Origin: Blepharisma stoltei ATCC 30299
Lineage: Eukaryota; Protista; Ciliophora
DNA length: 64,000 bases
Assembly: GCA_965603825.1 (NCBI GenBank)
Contig: CBFDEM010000036.1
Span: forward strand, 558,001 to 622,000
Direction of reading: 5' to 3'
Numbering within the stretch: the stretch's first letter is position 1; every line of letters begins with the position of its first letter. The translations under genes were made by a program, and so were the position numbers. The notes beneath the pieces were generated by a model, which was not told the origin of the DNA, did not search any database, and saw only the letters and a list, made by a program, of their open reading frames with translations. Below are positions 23,425-36,094 of this stretch, one piece after another.

Positions 23425-26400
23425 ATGCATAAAACATTATTTATTTTGGTTTTAATACTTGGAGCAAAAGGTATTAAATATTAAGCAAACACTTCATTGT
23501 TCCAATATAATCTCTATCAAGGCATAGGGCAAGTTCTTGAAGATTCTTCTGGAAATGCAAATCATTGCGTTAATGGCTGAACTGCCGAAATTGAAACATC
23601 AGATTCAAACTGAACTCCTAGAGGAGCTTATTTTTCAGGTGTGTCTCTTATAACCCCACCTAAAAATTCAGTTGTTCAAAATTCCCTGACCTTTCCTCAC
23701 TCATTTACTATCACGATGTGAATAAAAATAATTTCTGAAGGAGTAATTCTATCTCGCTATGACAGTTCAAATAATATTTTATTTGTTTTTGAAATTTTAT
23801 CACCATGGACTCTGAATTTTTGAGCCTGATCACATCAAGAATCTTTTCCAGCTGTAGGAAATCCTGGAGTTACAAAAGCTGTTACAAATGGTATTTTATA
23901 GGTAGATCAATGGTATTATCTAGCTGGAGTAGTTAATAAGTCTGGTGGCACCACACAAGAAACTTTGTATGTAGGAAATACAAATTCATTAGCAAGTTTC
24001 AGCGGGCATTATAAAGACGACACAGGACAAGGGTTCAATATAGGATGTGACCCAACATGCACGAATGGATTTATTGGATTTATTTATGAAATTAATGCAA
24101 TGAATGATCTTGCAGGCAGCACAAATATTTTATCAAGCTACTCTACAAGTTGCTCTGGTAGCTGCTCAGGGTGCCCAAGTTTAAGCAGCACCTGTATACC
24201 TATATGTGATAATTTTTATATGCCGAACAATTGTTTAGCTTCATGCAACTGTTATAATGGACAGCAAGCAAGCTGTTTAGACTCTGACTTGACTGCTTGC
24301 CTTTTATGTGATTCAGTATGTGAAAGAACTTGCTCTGGGCCATCATCCACTGATTGCATAGACATAAAAGCTACTTATTGCGCCGGACACCCTTATTCTC
24401 CGATCCAGAAGTCATGCTTATGAAGTGTGAGCTGTCCGACCAATTGCTATTACTGCGAAGTAAATTCTGTATGTCTTACATGCGACCCAGGATACTTCGT
24501 ATCCTCAGGAAATTGCGTCTTGTGCTATTCAGCTTGTGCTACATGCTCAGGGCTGCTGCAAAATGAATGTCTAACATGCTCGACAATAGGAATCACCCCT
24601 TCCTCAATAAACACTTGTGAGTGCACCTCTTCACAATATCAAATTTCTCCTAGCCCTTTAACGTGTGGTGATTGCGACATTTCTTGTGCTACATGCAGTG
24701 GGTTTGGGCCAACAAAATGCTTGACTTGTGCAGATTTGTCAGTAAATATTGCATTACCTCCTGGGTCTTGCAGCTGTGGACTATCACAATATACAATTTC
24801 TCATAATCCTTTGGCTTGTGGTAATTGCCATGCAACTTGTAAGAGCTGCAGTGGCCCATTAAGTACTCAATGCATTTCATGCATGGACTCATCAATTATA
24901 CTAGCAACAATTGGCTCTTGTAGTTGTAAATCAAACGAATACATGGTTCAGAAAAACCCGCTTTTATGCGAAACTTGTGATGATTTATGCAAAACTTGCA
25001 ATGGCCCCACATCTGGTGATTGTTTGACATGCAAAAACTCAACTTTCAGCCCATCCGCAATCCCTGGATTTTGTGCTTGTAAAGCAAATCAATTTATTTC
25101 CCAATATAGCCCTTTGCTATGCAAAAATTGTGACTCTTCATGTAATACCTGCATAGGGTCAGGAAAAAATGACTGCCTTACTTGCAAGGATTTTTCTATA
25201 GCTTTGCTAAATCCTCCAGAAGCTTGTAGCTGTGATAGTTCTCAATACATTGCTGCAAAATCTCCATTAGTCTGCATGGATTGTGACATCTCTTGCAGTT
25301 CTTGTTCTGGGCCAGGATCAGATGATTGCTTAGCATGTGCAGATTCCTCAATTAGCTTATTTCTCACTCCAAATTCCTGCACTTGCAAAAACTCTCAATA
25401 TATCATATCAAAATCCCCTCTTATTTGCGGAAACTGTGATCCATCTTGTGCATCTTGCATTGGCTCAAAATCAAACCAATGCACTTCCTGTTTGAATTAT
25501 AATATAACTCCTTCATCACTACCTGGAGAATGCTCTTGCCTGAAGTCCCAATATATAATTTCATATTCCCCACTATCCTGTGGGAATTGCGATTCCAGCT
25601 GCCTAACTTGTGTGGGGCCAGGCTCAAATCAGTGCTTATCATGCTCCGAAGGATCTGTAGTTTTATCTGAAACACCCTCAGCTTGTGCTAAAACCTCAAA
25701 CTCCACAAATACCTTTACCCAAATTAGCTCACAAAGCGGCGCTTATGGAGCTGCTGCTGTTTTTGCTTCAAGCTTTATCCAGTCACTGCTCACAGGCAGA
25801 ACTGGGGCTTTGTGGACTTATGTGAATATCATACAAATGTTGGCTTTCATCCCATTGCAAAATATTGAAATTCCTGAAAGTCTTTACGAGTTTTGGAAAT
25901 CCTTCCTTTCTTATAGATTCTTAACCAATATAGGTGAAATGATTTATGGCGATTGCCAAATGGGAGAAGTGAAGCCAATAGAAACTTGGCATAAATATGG
26001 ATATAGAATGAGCTCTTTTTTCATAAATGGCAGTGGAATGCTTTTAATCTTGTTGATAGTTGTCTCTACTTGGGTTTTTATAGGAGTTTTAGGAATGTTA
26101 CCTTGTGGAATCCTCAAAAGCAAAGTCAGAGAATTCAAGAAAAAATACAAGTATACAGTTTTCATTAGACTTTGACTAGAAATTTACATATTACTTATGG
26201 CTGCTGCGGTTATTGGCATTAACAATTATTCCTTTGAATACACAACAACTATAATAGACTCCATTTCTGCATATCTTTTAATATGTTGTGGCTGGTTTTT
26301 TATTATGCTTTGAATATTTATTCTGCATATGAAAAGATTCAAGATTTTTAGGCACAATCCGAAAACAATTGCAAAATACGGAACTTTATTTGCAGAGTTT

Positions 26401-26979
26401 GATCTTAAAAATGATGATTTCATTCAGCTGCTGTATTACCCATATTTTTTAATCAGAAGGTTCATTTATGTAGTAGTTCTCTATAATTTCTCATCTTATC
26501 CAGCCGTGCAATGTGCTGTAAATTCTGCCCATACTTTCTTAATTGTGCTATTTCTTTTCAAATATTGGAACTTCAAAGACAAAGAGTCCAAATTTTTGAA
26601 TATTACAGGAGAAATCATTGTTTTACTTAGTTTCCTCGCTACAGCAGTATATTTATATAAGATACCGTATACATTAGATATGGTAATCCAGACAACTGTT
26701 TTTATTGTCACCATGATTTATTTATTCATAAGTTACTTATTCCTATTTATAAAGCTTTACTTATTATTGAAATCAAAATGCACGAAAAAAGCTAAACCTA
26801 CTTTGCCAGAAGTCGTAATAAGTGAAGAAGACCACTCAATATTAAAAACACCTCAAAATCATCCTTCTAGCAAGAAAAGTGAAGGAGATGAAGCTCCAGA
26901 GAATACACCTATAGACGCTCACGAAGCCAGATGGCTTCATTCGACAAATAATTTGAGCTCAGATTCATTTTTTCAATAA
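23425..26979 (+). CDS. Cys-rich furin-like repeat surface protein: signal peptide, LamG-like domain, CxxC repeats, multi-TM C-terminus
   Basis: ATG 23425 with a hydrophobic leader and two 15-nt introns. DSSGN, FTITM(W)IK, QWYYLAGV and FIGFIYEI are LamG-like. ~50-aa repeats read CxxCDxSCxTCSGxxxxxCLTC. The C-terminal TM region includes YGTLFAEF and FLIRRF. ORFs join via TGA=Trp. Confidence 0.85.
23471..23485 (+). other. 15-nt spliceosomal intron
   Basis: gtattaaatattaag; removes an in-frame TAA just after the signal peptide. Confidence 0.85.
23891..23905 (+). other. 15-nt spliceosomal intron
   Basis: gtattttataggtag; removes an in-frame TAG and gives NDQWYYLAG. Confidence 0.85.
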
Positions 26980-27128
26980 TTCAGTAGATTTAATTATTTA
27001 TTTTTGGATATTAGCTTTAGTGTAGGGTTCTTAAAATTTTCTTGAATATTCAAAAGCTCAATTAATTAATTTAATAAAAGCTAACTGCATTTCATGCCAT
27101 AATATTCTATCAATAAAGCATATATTTT

Positions 27129-28271
27129 ATGATAAACTTATCAGATTCTCTGGAATTTGAATCTACTGGAAGTAACAAACATTCCACAGACCAAAGCACC
27201 AATTTCCCTCAAAAATATACACCTCGATCCACAAATCTTGATATTTCAAATTTATCGTCGACGGTTGAGCCATCTTTCTTAGAGAAGGACTCTCAAAACC
27301 AAACACAAGTCATTACAAAAAATCGCCCTGGTAAATTTTTTACAAGAAATCACAGTGAAATACCTATAGAAGCCAAGCTTTACCAAAAGCAAATTGCTGC
27401 ATCTAAGAGACTTGAAGATTTAAAGAAAAAAAGAGAGGAAGAGCTGAAAGGACTTATGCAAAAAAAGCCAAAAATATCCAAAAAATCACAGGAATTGGCT
27501 AAAAGAGTTGAAATTAAACTTTTCTCACAAATCCCTCTCCAAATTGATGAGAAAAATACTAAAATTAGAAATAATGATGAAAATGAGACATTTATACATA
27601 AACAAAATGATTTTTCAAATTCAAAGCCTCAAGAAAAATCAACTATTTTCAGCAATATTTCAAATACACCCTCAAAGTCTCCGTTTTTACGCGAAAAAGA
27701 GAGGTCTTTGTCTTCTCAAACACCATTTTTCAAAGATATTCCACAACACCAAAAATCCTCTCCAAGTGGTCCAATAATTCCTTTAGACATTAGTGTTATA
27801 AAGCCTATTGATATTATCCAAAAGCAAAAGCTTTTAAAGAAAAAATTATTAAATTTGTCAGTGATTGACAGAAACCAAACTTGGCTGAAACAAAAAAACG
27901 AAAAAATAAGTATTCAAGTCTCAGAAAAAGAAAATAGCTTTATTGAAGAATGCACATTTTCGCCTGTTATTTATTCCAGGGTTCCCCATAAATTGCAAAA
28001 AACATCTGCTAAAGAATTGCATAGAATAAGCAAATCTAAATGCAGCTCAGCAAATATATCAATGATTGGTAGCACAACATTAACAAGGGCGAATTCAATT
28101 ATGTCTCCTTTGAATTCAGATTGTTCAAGAAGCAGGAAATTATCTTCAAACAATGGTCTATTAGAAAATCCAAAGCCAGCTAAGCGATATGCATCATTAA
28201 CTCCTTGCCAAATAAAAATCTCATTTAAAGCTGGCTGTGACATAGAAAATTTTTATTGTCGTGCAAGATAG
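27129..28271 (+). CDS. Hypothetical low-complexity Ser/Lys-rich protein
   Basis: 380-aa ORF with KPKISKKSQELA and ECTFSPVI motifs, a type I recall from ciliate cytoskeleton-associated hypotheticals. Confidence 0.75.
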   Translation: MINLSDSLEFESTGSNKHSTDQSTNFPQKYTPRSTNLDISNLSSTVEPSFLEKDSQNQTQVITKNRPGKFFTRNHSEIPIEAKLYQKQIAASKRLEDLKKKREEELKGLMQKKPKISKKSQELAKRVEIKLFSQIPLQIDEKNTKIRNNDENETFIHKQNDFSNSKPQEKSTIFSNISNTPSKSPFLREKERSLSSQTPFFKDIPQHQKSSPSGPIIPLDISVIKPIDIIQKQKLLKKKLLNLSVIDRNQTWLKQKNEKISIQVSEKENSFIEECTFSPVIYSRVPHKLQKTSAKELHRISKSKCSSANISMIGSTTLTRANSIMSPLNSDCSRSRKLSSNNGLLENPKPAKRYASLTPCQIKISFKAGCDIENFYCRAR

Positions 28272-28333
28272 TCTAAATAACTTTTTTTAAAGAAAATCTT
28301 GCAAATAAATTGTAAATAATTAATTAATAAGAG

Positions 28334-29500
28334 ATGTATTGCTCAGACCGATGCTTTAACTTAGCAGAAATTTTATGCGACAATCAGATTAGTTCAACCA
28401 GCTGCTCTAATAAATTCGATCATATTTGTGTCGATCATCTGGCTGATCATATCAGCGCGAGCAATAAAATTTACTATTGCGTAGAGCCTAATTATCGAAA
28501 ACCAAATTATAGCAAAGAAAGTATCATCAACAAGTTAAAAATTCTAAAGCAAACTAAAATAAAATGTATGGAAGAGGCTCAAAAAGAAATCGCAAATGTT
28601 ATGGAAATTCTAAAACAAAATTTGACTTGCCTTAATTATATGATAAATCTTTATGAAAAAGATATGAGGGAAATTAATAAACTCAGAATTAAGCATTACG
28701 AGTATGAGAATAATATAAAATCAGACTATTTTAGGTGATTTGATTCAAAAAGCAGAAATTTATTTAAGACCTTGAGATTGGATAATATGGAGGCACTTGA
28801 ATTTCATATTAAAACTCCATCTAAAAGTCACAGCATAAAATCATGCCAACTGCCAAATAATCAAATGTTTTGCATTGGGATAGTAGGAGCTAGATATCAA
28901 GGATTCATTCTTGATGAAAGCAACAACGTAATAGAAATTACTCCTAAAGTCTTATTTTTATTCGACACAAATTTAGTATACTTAGACCAAAGTGTTTATC
29001 AGCTTGGCATTCAAGGGGGATGAAGAAACAGACATAGATGTAAATCCAAAAAATATTCATTGAAGTCAAAAAAATGGCAGAATGTCGCTCAAAAAGTAAT
29101 CCCATTAAAAGAAGGCGGAGATTGATGCTGTGCTGCTTTTGTAAATAAAATTCTGATGCTTGATCTTAGCCATAACTCAAAGGCAATTATGCTGTATGAC
29201 CCTATTCCGAACACATATTCTGAGATACCATTTAGTGTCATAACAGCTTTTAAATTTATTTTCGTTGCAAAGCAGAGGGCTTATATTGTATTGCCAATGG
29301 ATTATATTTTTGAAAGTTATCTCAATGACCCATACCATTGAAATCCAATCATAGAGAGAAGCGATTTTTGTCAATTTCAGCGTTCAAAATGTTTTGATTA
29401 TGGTATAAACGAATGCTATGCTTTTATATTATATGCTGACGATATCTATTGCTTTGACTGGAAGAAAAAAGATAATATAAAATTAATGAATTTTACATAA
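28334..29500 (+). CDS. B-box-like zinc finger, coiled coil and degenerate Kelch/beta-propeller protein
   Basis: Three same-frame ORFs join through TGA=Trp to TAA 29498-29500. N-terminal C-x3-C..C..C..HICVDH..H, a coiled coil, then QLPNNQMFCIG, VYQLG, KKWQ and IMLYDPIPNTYS blades. Confidence 0.65.
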
Positions 29501-29541
29501 ATCATAAATAATTATTAATCTTATTAGTTTAAACTCTTTGA

Positions 29542-30349
29542 TTAATTGATCCTTTGAAATATGCTATCTAATAAAGGATCACCTAAAAACCCTAGCAGCT
29601 CAGCTAAATTATTTGGCGTTGAAAATGCCATCGATAAGTCATTTCTCGTCAAGAGCCACTGCAGAGTAACATAAGCCCTCGGCTCTTCATCAAAAAGTGA
29701 AATAGTTCAGCATTTATTAATTGCAACATCTGGTGATATCAAGACTTTATGATTATTCGGTGAAATGCATAAAGCTCCTTTTTTGAAATGCATTGACATG
29801 TATTCTGCCCTTAAGCTTCCAAATTTTACACCATTGTTTTCTATTTCTTGAAACCCTTCAATAGGGATTATACAGTTTGGAATATGCTTTGTCTTTCTTG
29901 TTCCTTGAAACTCTGTAAATGCTCATGCGTGGTTAACAAGGTTAAGCAATGGACCTTTCTGATATTTATTTTACCCTTATAATAAGTTCAGATATGTCAC
30001 TCACAATAAAATAAAATTTAATTTCTGTAGGGTGAGGAATCGGAACTGGCTTTGGTTGTCAAACTCCTTTTTTGTTTGGAGGTGGAGTTGAATAAAAAAT
30101 TTCTGGAGCTTCATCTATTATAGAAAGAATTTCTTGAGGCAGTTGGATGTGATTTTGATTTGCACGAATAATGCATAACATATCTAAATAATTTTTACCT
30201 CCAAAAGGATAGCCAGCCCCGTAATAAGCTAGTGTTGGCATTTTGTAAAATCCCAAAAGCATGTGCATTTGCTCCTCAACTGTTTCTTCTTCAAATGAAA
30301 TGTGGAGATATGGCCCTGGCTCTTTCTGTTTTCTCAATAGACCTTCCAT
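29542..30349 (-). CDS. Hypothetical protein (~263 aa) with one 16-nt intron
   Basis: ORF 30059..30349 continues via TGA. Removing 29959-29974 gives a long open frame to TAA 29542-29544. Confidence 0.65.
29959..29974 (-). other. 16-nt spliceosomal intron (probable)
   Basis: gtaaaataaatatcag; removes an in-frame TAA and shifts into a ~138-codon open frame. Confidence 0.65.
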
Positions 30350-30724
30350 TTATATCTGACGAACATATAATAGAAAGAAGGAAAAGGCTACAGTTTGATT
30401 ATAATTAATTATTAATTTTGATTCAGATAGAAAATAAATGCTTTAAAAAATTATCAATAAACATTGAAGGCTATTTCTTCTGAATTTACGCTTGATATAT
30501 TAAAAATAATAATTTTCAATATTTATATCCGAGGAAAAGTGCAATTAATACCTTTATATTTATTGATTTGATATATTAAAAATATTGAATTTAATTAGCA
30601 TAATAAAATCTGTTAGCACTACTATGTCCATTTAAATGATCATTAATTTTCATATTTTCCATATTAGAAATAAAATATACACCATCAAAATGAGATTTAA
30701 TAAATTATTCTATTATCATAAGTG

Positions 30725-31804
30725 ATGCTAGTTCCTGATGATACCAAAATGTATGATGAACTTTATTATGATCAGCTTCACTCTGCAAAAGCTCTTAGCA
30801 CCTCAAATCTCTTCTCATATTCAATATCTTCAGTATACTCTTCAGCTTTTTCACTTACATCCGATTTCAATGATTGCACCGAAAAAGACTTAAAACTTTT
30901 ATACACAAAACCCAAGCCATCAATTAATCATAAACCTTCATTATTCAGTGAAGATATTTGTCTTGCCCATGATAATTTTTTAGAAAATTCCAATAGTTTT
31001 CAAGAAAAATCTCAAATTGAAAATATTTTAAATAAAGCATCACCAAATTTATATAAAATTTCACAAACCAAGAATGGTACAAGATGAATTCAAAAGCTAA
31101 TTACTGCCGTTTCGCAAAATTCTCTATATATAGAAATTATTGCAAATAGCTTAAAATCACATGTTATCGAGCTTTCTAAAGATCTTAATGGAAACTATGT
31201 AATACAAAAATGTTTGAGTACTTTTTCTCCTATAAAAAATCAAATCATTTTTGATGAAATCAATGAAAATTTAATAGAAATTTCTATAAATAAGCATGGC
31301 TGCTGCGTAGTACAAAGGTGCATTGATGCAGCTTTGCCTTATCAACTAGAAAATTTGGTAGGAAATATCATCAAGCATACTACTTTTCTTATTAATGATC
31401 CGTTTGGGAACTATGTACTTCAATACGTAATAAGTCTAGGAAAACCTGATATAAACTCCAAGCTCGCTATGATTTTTCTGAAAGATATTAAAAATTATGC
31501 TTCTCAAAAATATTCTTCAAATGTAATAGAAAAATGTCTGCAAGCCAATACCCCAGAAACTCAGCAAATAATTATTAAAGAAATTTCCAAGCCTGAAAAT
31601 TTTGAAAAAATGATATTTGACCAATATGCAAATTATGGTAATTATTATATAGTAATTCAGCGTGCTCTTTCTATTGCAGAGCCTGAGCTATTAAGCCAAA
31701 TGCTATATTCTATAAAAACACTTATGGGAAAATTAAAGCATAGTAAATATGGCAGAAGAATTTGTTCAAAATTGTTAGAAAGCCATCCAAACTTAAATAA
31801 ATAA
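30725..31804 (+). CDS. Pumilio/Puf RNA-binding protein
   Basis: Repeats NGTR(W)IQK, NGNYVIQK, HGCCVVQR, FGNYVLQY, YSSNVIEK, YANYVIQR (after splicing), then YGRRI. Confidence 0.92.
31638..31652 (+). other. 15-nt in-frame, stop-free intron
   Basis: gtaattattatatag; removal converts YANYGNYYIVIQR into the canonical YANYVIQR. Confidence 0.88.
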
Positions 31805-32172
31805 AATCTTTAAATTAATATTTTAGGCTGAAATTCATTTAATGATGGATATTGCAAAAATAGATCAAGAGCATTGTTCTATATTAATTAGAAACTTGTT
31901 CTTGGTAATGATCAGTAAGTATCAGCTGACGCTTAATAAACTAAAGTATTAATATTGTATTTTTATCTAATTATTTATGCACAATCTTTTATATATATCA
32001 TTGATTCTATTTTCTTCGTTATATTCTATATGTATATAACATAATTAATTTATATTGCCCATTGTAGTACGCTTAGTCAATCAAAAACCTACAAATTTAA
32101 TTGTTTAAATGTTTAGATGTTTATTTATTTTAAATTTTATCATAAATTGAAAAAAAATTATATTCAGGAAAA

Positions 32173-35100
32173 TTATTGTGGTGAATGATTGTCGCTATCT
32201 AGTGGGTACAAATCACTCTCCAATGAATTATGAGGTACAGTGCAAGCTTCTTTTAGCCTCCCACTAGTTATAATATCATTATCGACTGAAACAGCTGCAT
32301 TCATCGCTAGTTCAGGATAAATTTTATCTCTGCTTCTTCATGCTTTTATTAAATTGTAAGTTTTTATAACCAAAAAATAATAGCTAGCTATTAAATAAAG
32401 ATAAGTAGCGCAGAGCACTGCACATTGAATTGCATTGTCTATAATATAAGGTAAATCCAATAAATAAGGTCCTGTTAGCAAAAAAGAAAATGTGACAAGA
32501 GCTTCTCCAGAGACATTTAAAAAGTGAGTTTCTTTATTTTTGAAATGGCAATGTCTCAATAACAAAAAAACGATACAAAACGAGTGCAAAACATTTACAA
32601 CTCATTGGACTACTGGAATTCAGGCTAAATCATAGAGATTTATTACAAAAATCAGCCTTCGAATTAAAAATATTGGATAATAGAGCAGCTCAATATAATT
32701 ATTACTGAATTTGAATTCTTTAAACAAGCAGCCATATTTGCGTTTCATTTTTTTAGATTTGTTAAAAATTTTGAGTTGGATTATATACAACAAAAAAATG
32801 AGAATAAAAGTAATTATTCATCCAGAAATAAAGGTAATATAAGCAAAGATCGTATCAGAAATAGTACGGCTAGTTTTAGATGAAAAATGATTTATTCCAA
32901 TAACTGCAGCAGCCATCAATAAAATATATATTTCTATTCAAAGCCGAAGAAGGATATTATATTTGAATTTTTCCAATAGCTTTTTTATTTGACTATGAAT
33001 GGCTGAGTTAGGAATAAATGATAAGCAATAAATTAAGGTCCATGAAGCTATTACAACGATAGAAATTAAAAGCATTCCAGCACTATTAACTAGAAATGAA
33101 CTGCTTTCATATCCATACTTGTAAAAGTTTTCAATCGGCTCCAGCTCCTTCATTTTATTTTCTCCAAAAATATATTTCCCAGTATTATGCAAATAAGTGT
33201 AGGAAAGAAAAGCTTTTCAAAATTGAAAAAGATTGTCTGGAATAGCAATATTTTGTAATGGAATAAAAGCTAAAACCTGGACTATATTAACATAAGTCCA
33301 AAGAGACCCAGATTTCCCTGTTATAATTGATTCGAAAAATCCAGCAATAATAAGGCCAGCAGATGCAGCGATTCCACTATTTTTGATTGTCATAGAAAAA
33401 GTTGATAAGCCACTTGAGTTATTAGAGCTCCTGCATGAAGAAGGTTGGTCTAAAATAATTTCTGAACATGATAAACATTGATTTGCTTTAGGGCCAACGC
33501 ATGTCTTGCAGCTCAGATCACATGATCCACAAAGTAAAGGGGATACAGAAATTATATACTCGTTTTCTTTGCAACCACAATGCCCATCTGGGCTAGGCGA
33601 AATTGTTAAATTTTTGCAAGTCAAGCAGTCATTATAATATGGACCTGAGCAAGATTCGCATGAGTTATGGCAAAGATCACAATGTAAAGGGGAAGCTGAA
33701 AGTATATATTCATACGTTAGGCAGCTGCAGTATCCTGGATTGGCGCTGGGAGTTATTGAGGAGTTTTTACAAGATATACAGTCACCAGCGCCTGACCCTG
33801 AGCATTCTAAACAAGCTGAATTGCAATTTTCGCAAATCAGGGGAGAATAAGATATCACATACTGTGAACTATTGCAAAAACACTTTCCTGGTATATTATT
33901 CAGGGTTATTGAAGAATTTTTACATGTCAAGCATTGATCTTCATTGGGCCCTATGCAGGTTGAGCAAGATGAATCACAAGTACCTCCGCAGTCAATAGGG
34001 CTTTCATGAAGCATATATTTCCCAGGGAGGCATTCGCAAGCTCCTGAAAGATTAGAAAGCATTAGTTCAGAACTTGAGCATGTAAGACATTGGTTTCTAG
34101 CCTTTCCTAAGCAAGTTGCACATAACCAGTAGCAGTTCCCACAAGTTAAAGGATGATTTGTAATTATATACTGATTAGACAAGCAGCTACAAGAGTCTGG
34201 GGGATTAGAAATTGAAACTGCTTGGTCAATGCAAGTATAGCAATCAGTGTTTAATGGCCCACTGCAACTAGCACAAGAACTATGGCAGCTTGCACAAGTT
34301 AAAGGGCTTTTATTAATAATATATTCCGAAGCACTACAAGTACAGCTTCCAGGGGATGATGAGACTGTGATTAATGAGTCTACACAAGTTAAGCATTGGT
34401 TTGATCCAGAGCCAGAGCATGTAGCACATGAGCTATCGCAATTCCCACAGGTTAAAGGGCTTTGAGAAATCGTATATTGTGAAGTTTTACAACTGCAGCT
34501 TGATGGAGTTGATGAAAGAGTTACTGCAGAATCTGTGCATGATAAACAGTCATTAGCAGTTGGTCCAGAACAAGTTGAACATGAGCTATCACAAGTTCCA
34601 CAAGTAAAAGGGTTTTTATACATGATATATTGCGAAGTGCTGCAAGTGCAGCTTCCAGGAGGCGATGCAATAATTAATGAAGAATCACTACAAGTTATGC
34701 ATTGACTAGGCCCTTTCCAAGCACATGAATGGCAGGAAGCATGACAATTTGAACAAGTTACAGGATTTGAATTTTTTACATATTGTGTTTCTCCACACTT
34801 GCAGTTTCCAGGTGATGAATTCATTGTTAACGAAGTATCAGTACAAGCGAGGCATTGATTAAGTTCAGGACCTACGCAGGAACTGCAGCTACTGTCACAA
34901 TCCCCACAAGATAAAGGACTTGAAGAAATTTTATACTGATTAGAGGAACATTTGCAAGCTCCTGAAGATGACGGAGTATAGCCAGATGTTGAGCAACTTA
35001 AACAATAAGTAGCAGATGAGCATTTACTACAGCTTGAATCGCATTGAATGCAATTTCCTGAGTCCTCATATCACCCATCATTGCAAGTAACACAAACATT

Positions 35101-35208
35101 ATCAACTACGCAATAACTACAGTTACTAGGGCAAATTGCCCCATTTCCTGCTTAAAACTTACCTTTTCTTACGATAATTGAAACGACAATTCATATTGCA
35201 GTTATCAT
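32173..35208 (-). CDS. Cys-rich furin-like repeat multi-TM surface protein, paralog of 23425..26979 lacking the LamG domain
   Basis: ATG 35208, leader, intron, then CPSNCSYC and repeats, and LWTYVNIVQVLAFIPLQNI shared with the paralog. ORFs join via TGA=Trp to TAA 32173-32175. Confidence 0.85.
35148..35162 (-). other. 15-nt spliceosomal intron
   Basis: gtaagttttaagcag, at the same post-leader K-G| position as the intron at 23471. Confidence 0.85.
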
Positions 35209-36094
35209 TTATAACGCATGGAAATTCAAAATTAATCTGCAGCTAGAATGATTAAGGTAGAGTTTACTGTAGAAAAGCTGATAGCGTGAAATTTTATTTG
35301 TAAAAAAAGAAAAAATTACTTTGTATAAATCTAATGCTTATTTAAGGTTCGATGATAATAAGTTCTTTTATTTTTGAAATAAAAAAGACATAATCTAAAT
35401 AAAAGATGTTTCAGGTTTTTATGCAAAAATTATGATTGATATTTTGAATGACCTGAAAGTTATTCTCTTCTTCAAGCATATTGATGCCAGTTCCCAAATA
35501 TTTTTAAAAATATTTTAGAATGCAATTGCTAGGACAAAACAAACAAAATGCATAAGCACATAATATAGTTATGCTTTAGCAATCTAAATTCAGATTTAAT
35601 AATAAATTTCATGTTTTTAATTATGCATAATATTTTAATAAGCAATGCTAGTTTGTTAAAAAAGAGCCTTATAATCAGGATGCATTCTATTAGCTTATGA
35701 AACTCTTTGCATTACCAAAAATTAAGCTTTTAAGAATGATTGCTTATGCTTGCAAGAAATACTAAAACACTCATAGAAGCCTGCAAATATAATTTATTAA
35801 ATGAAAATATCTATTGAAAAGCGAGATAGCACTTTAAATATGGAAGGATCATTGCTATAGATGAAAAATAATATTCCTTTTATTTTCGATTATAAGCTAT
35901 TCAAACGTGAATTTTCTATTAAAAATTAAAAAAATTTGAATTTGTTAAGAATAAAGTTTATTATCAAATAAATGAGTTTTACACATAAATAGATTCATAA
36001 TTTAAATATGGAAACAAGAAGCAGGACTCGCACATTACCACCTCTAAAAAGAAACAATGGCGCTATGAATTAATTCAATAAATTTGAAATTGAA

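Noticed and set aside
24427-25690. Cys-rich repeats as a DNA tandem repeat or mobile element
   Set aside because: The periodicity is at protein level with diverged codons; these are furin-like domains within a CDS.
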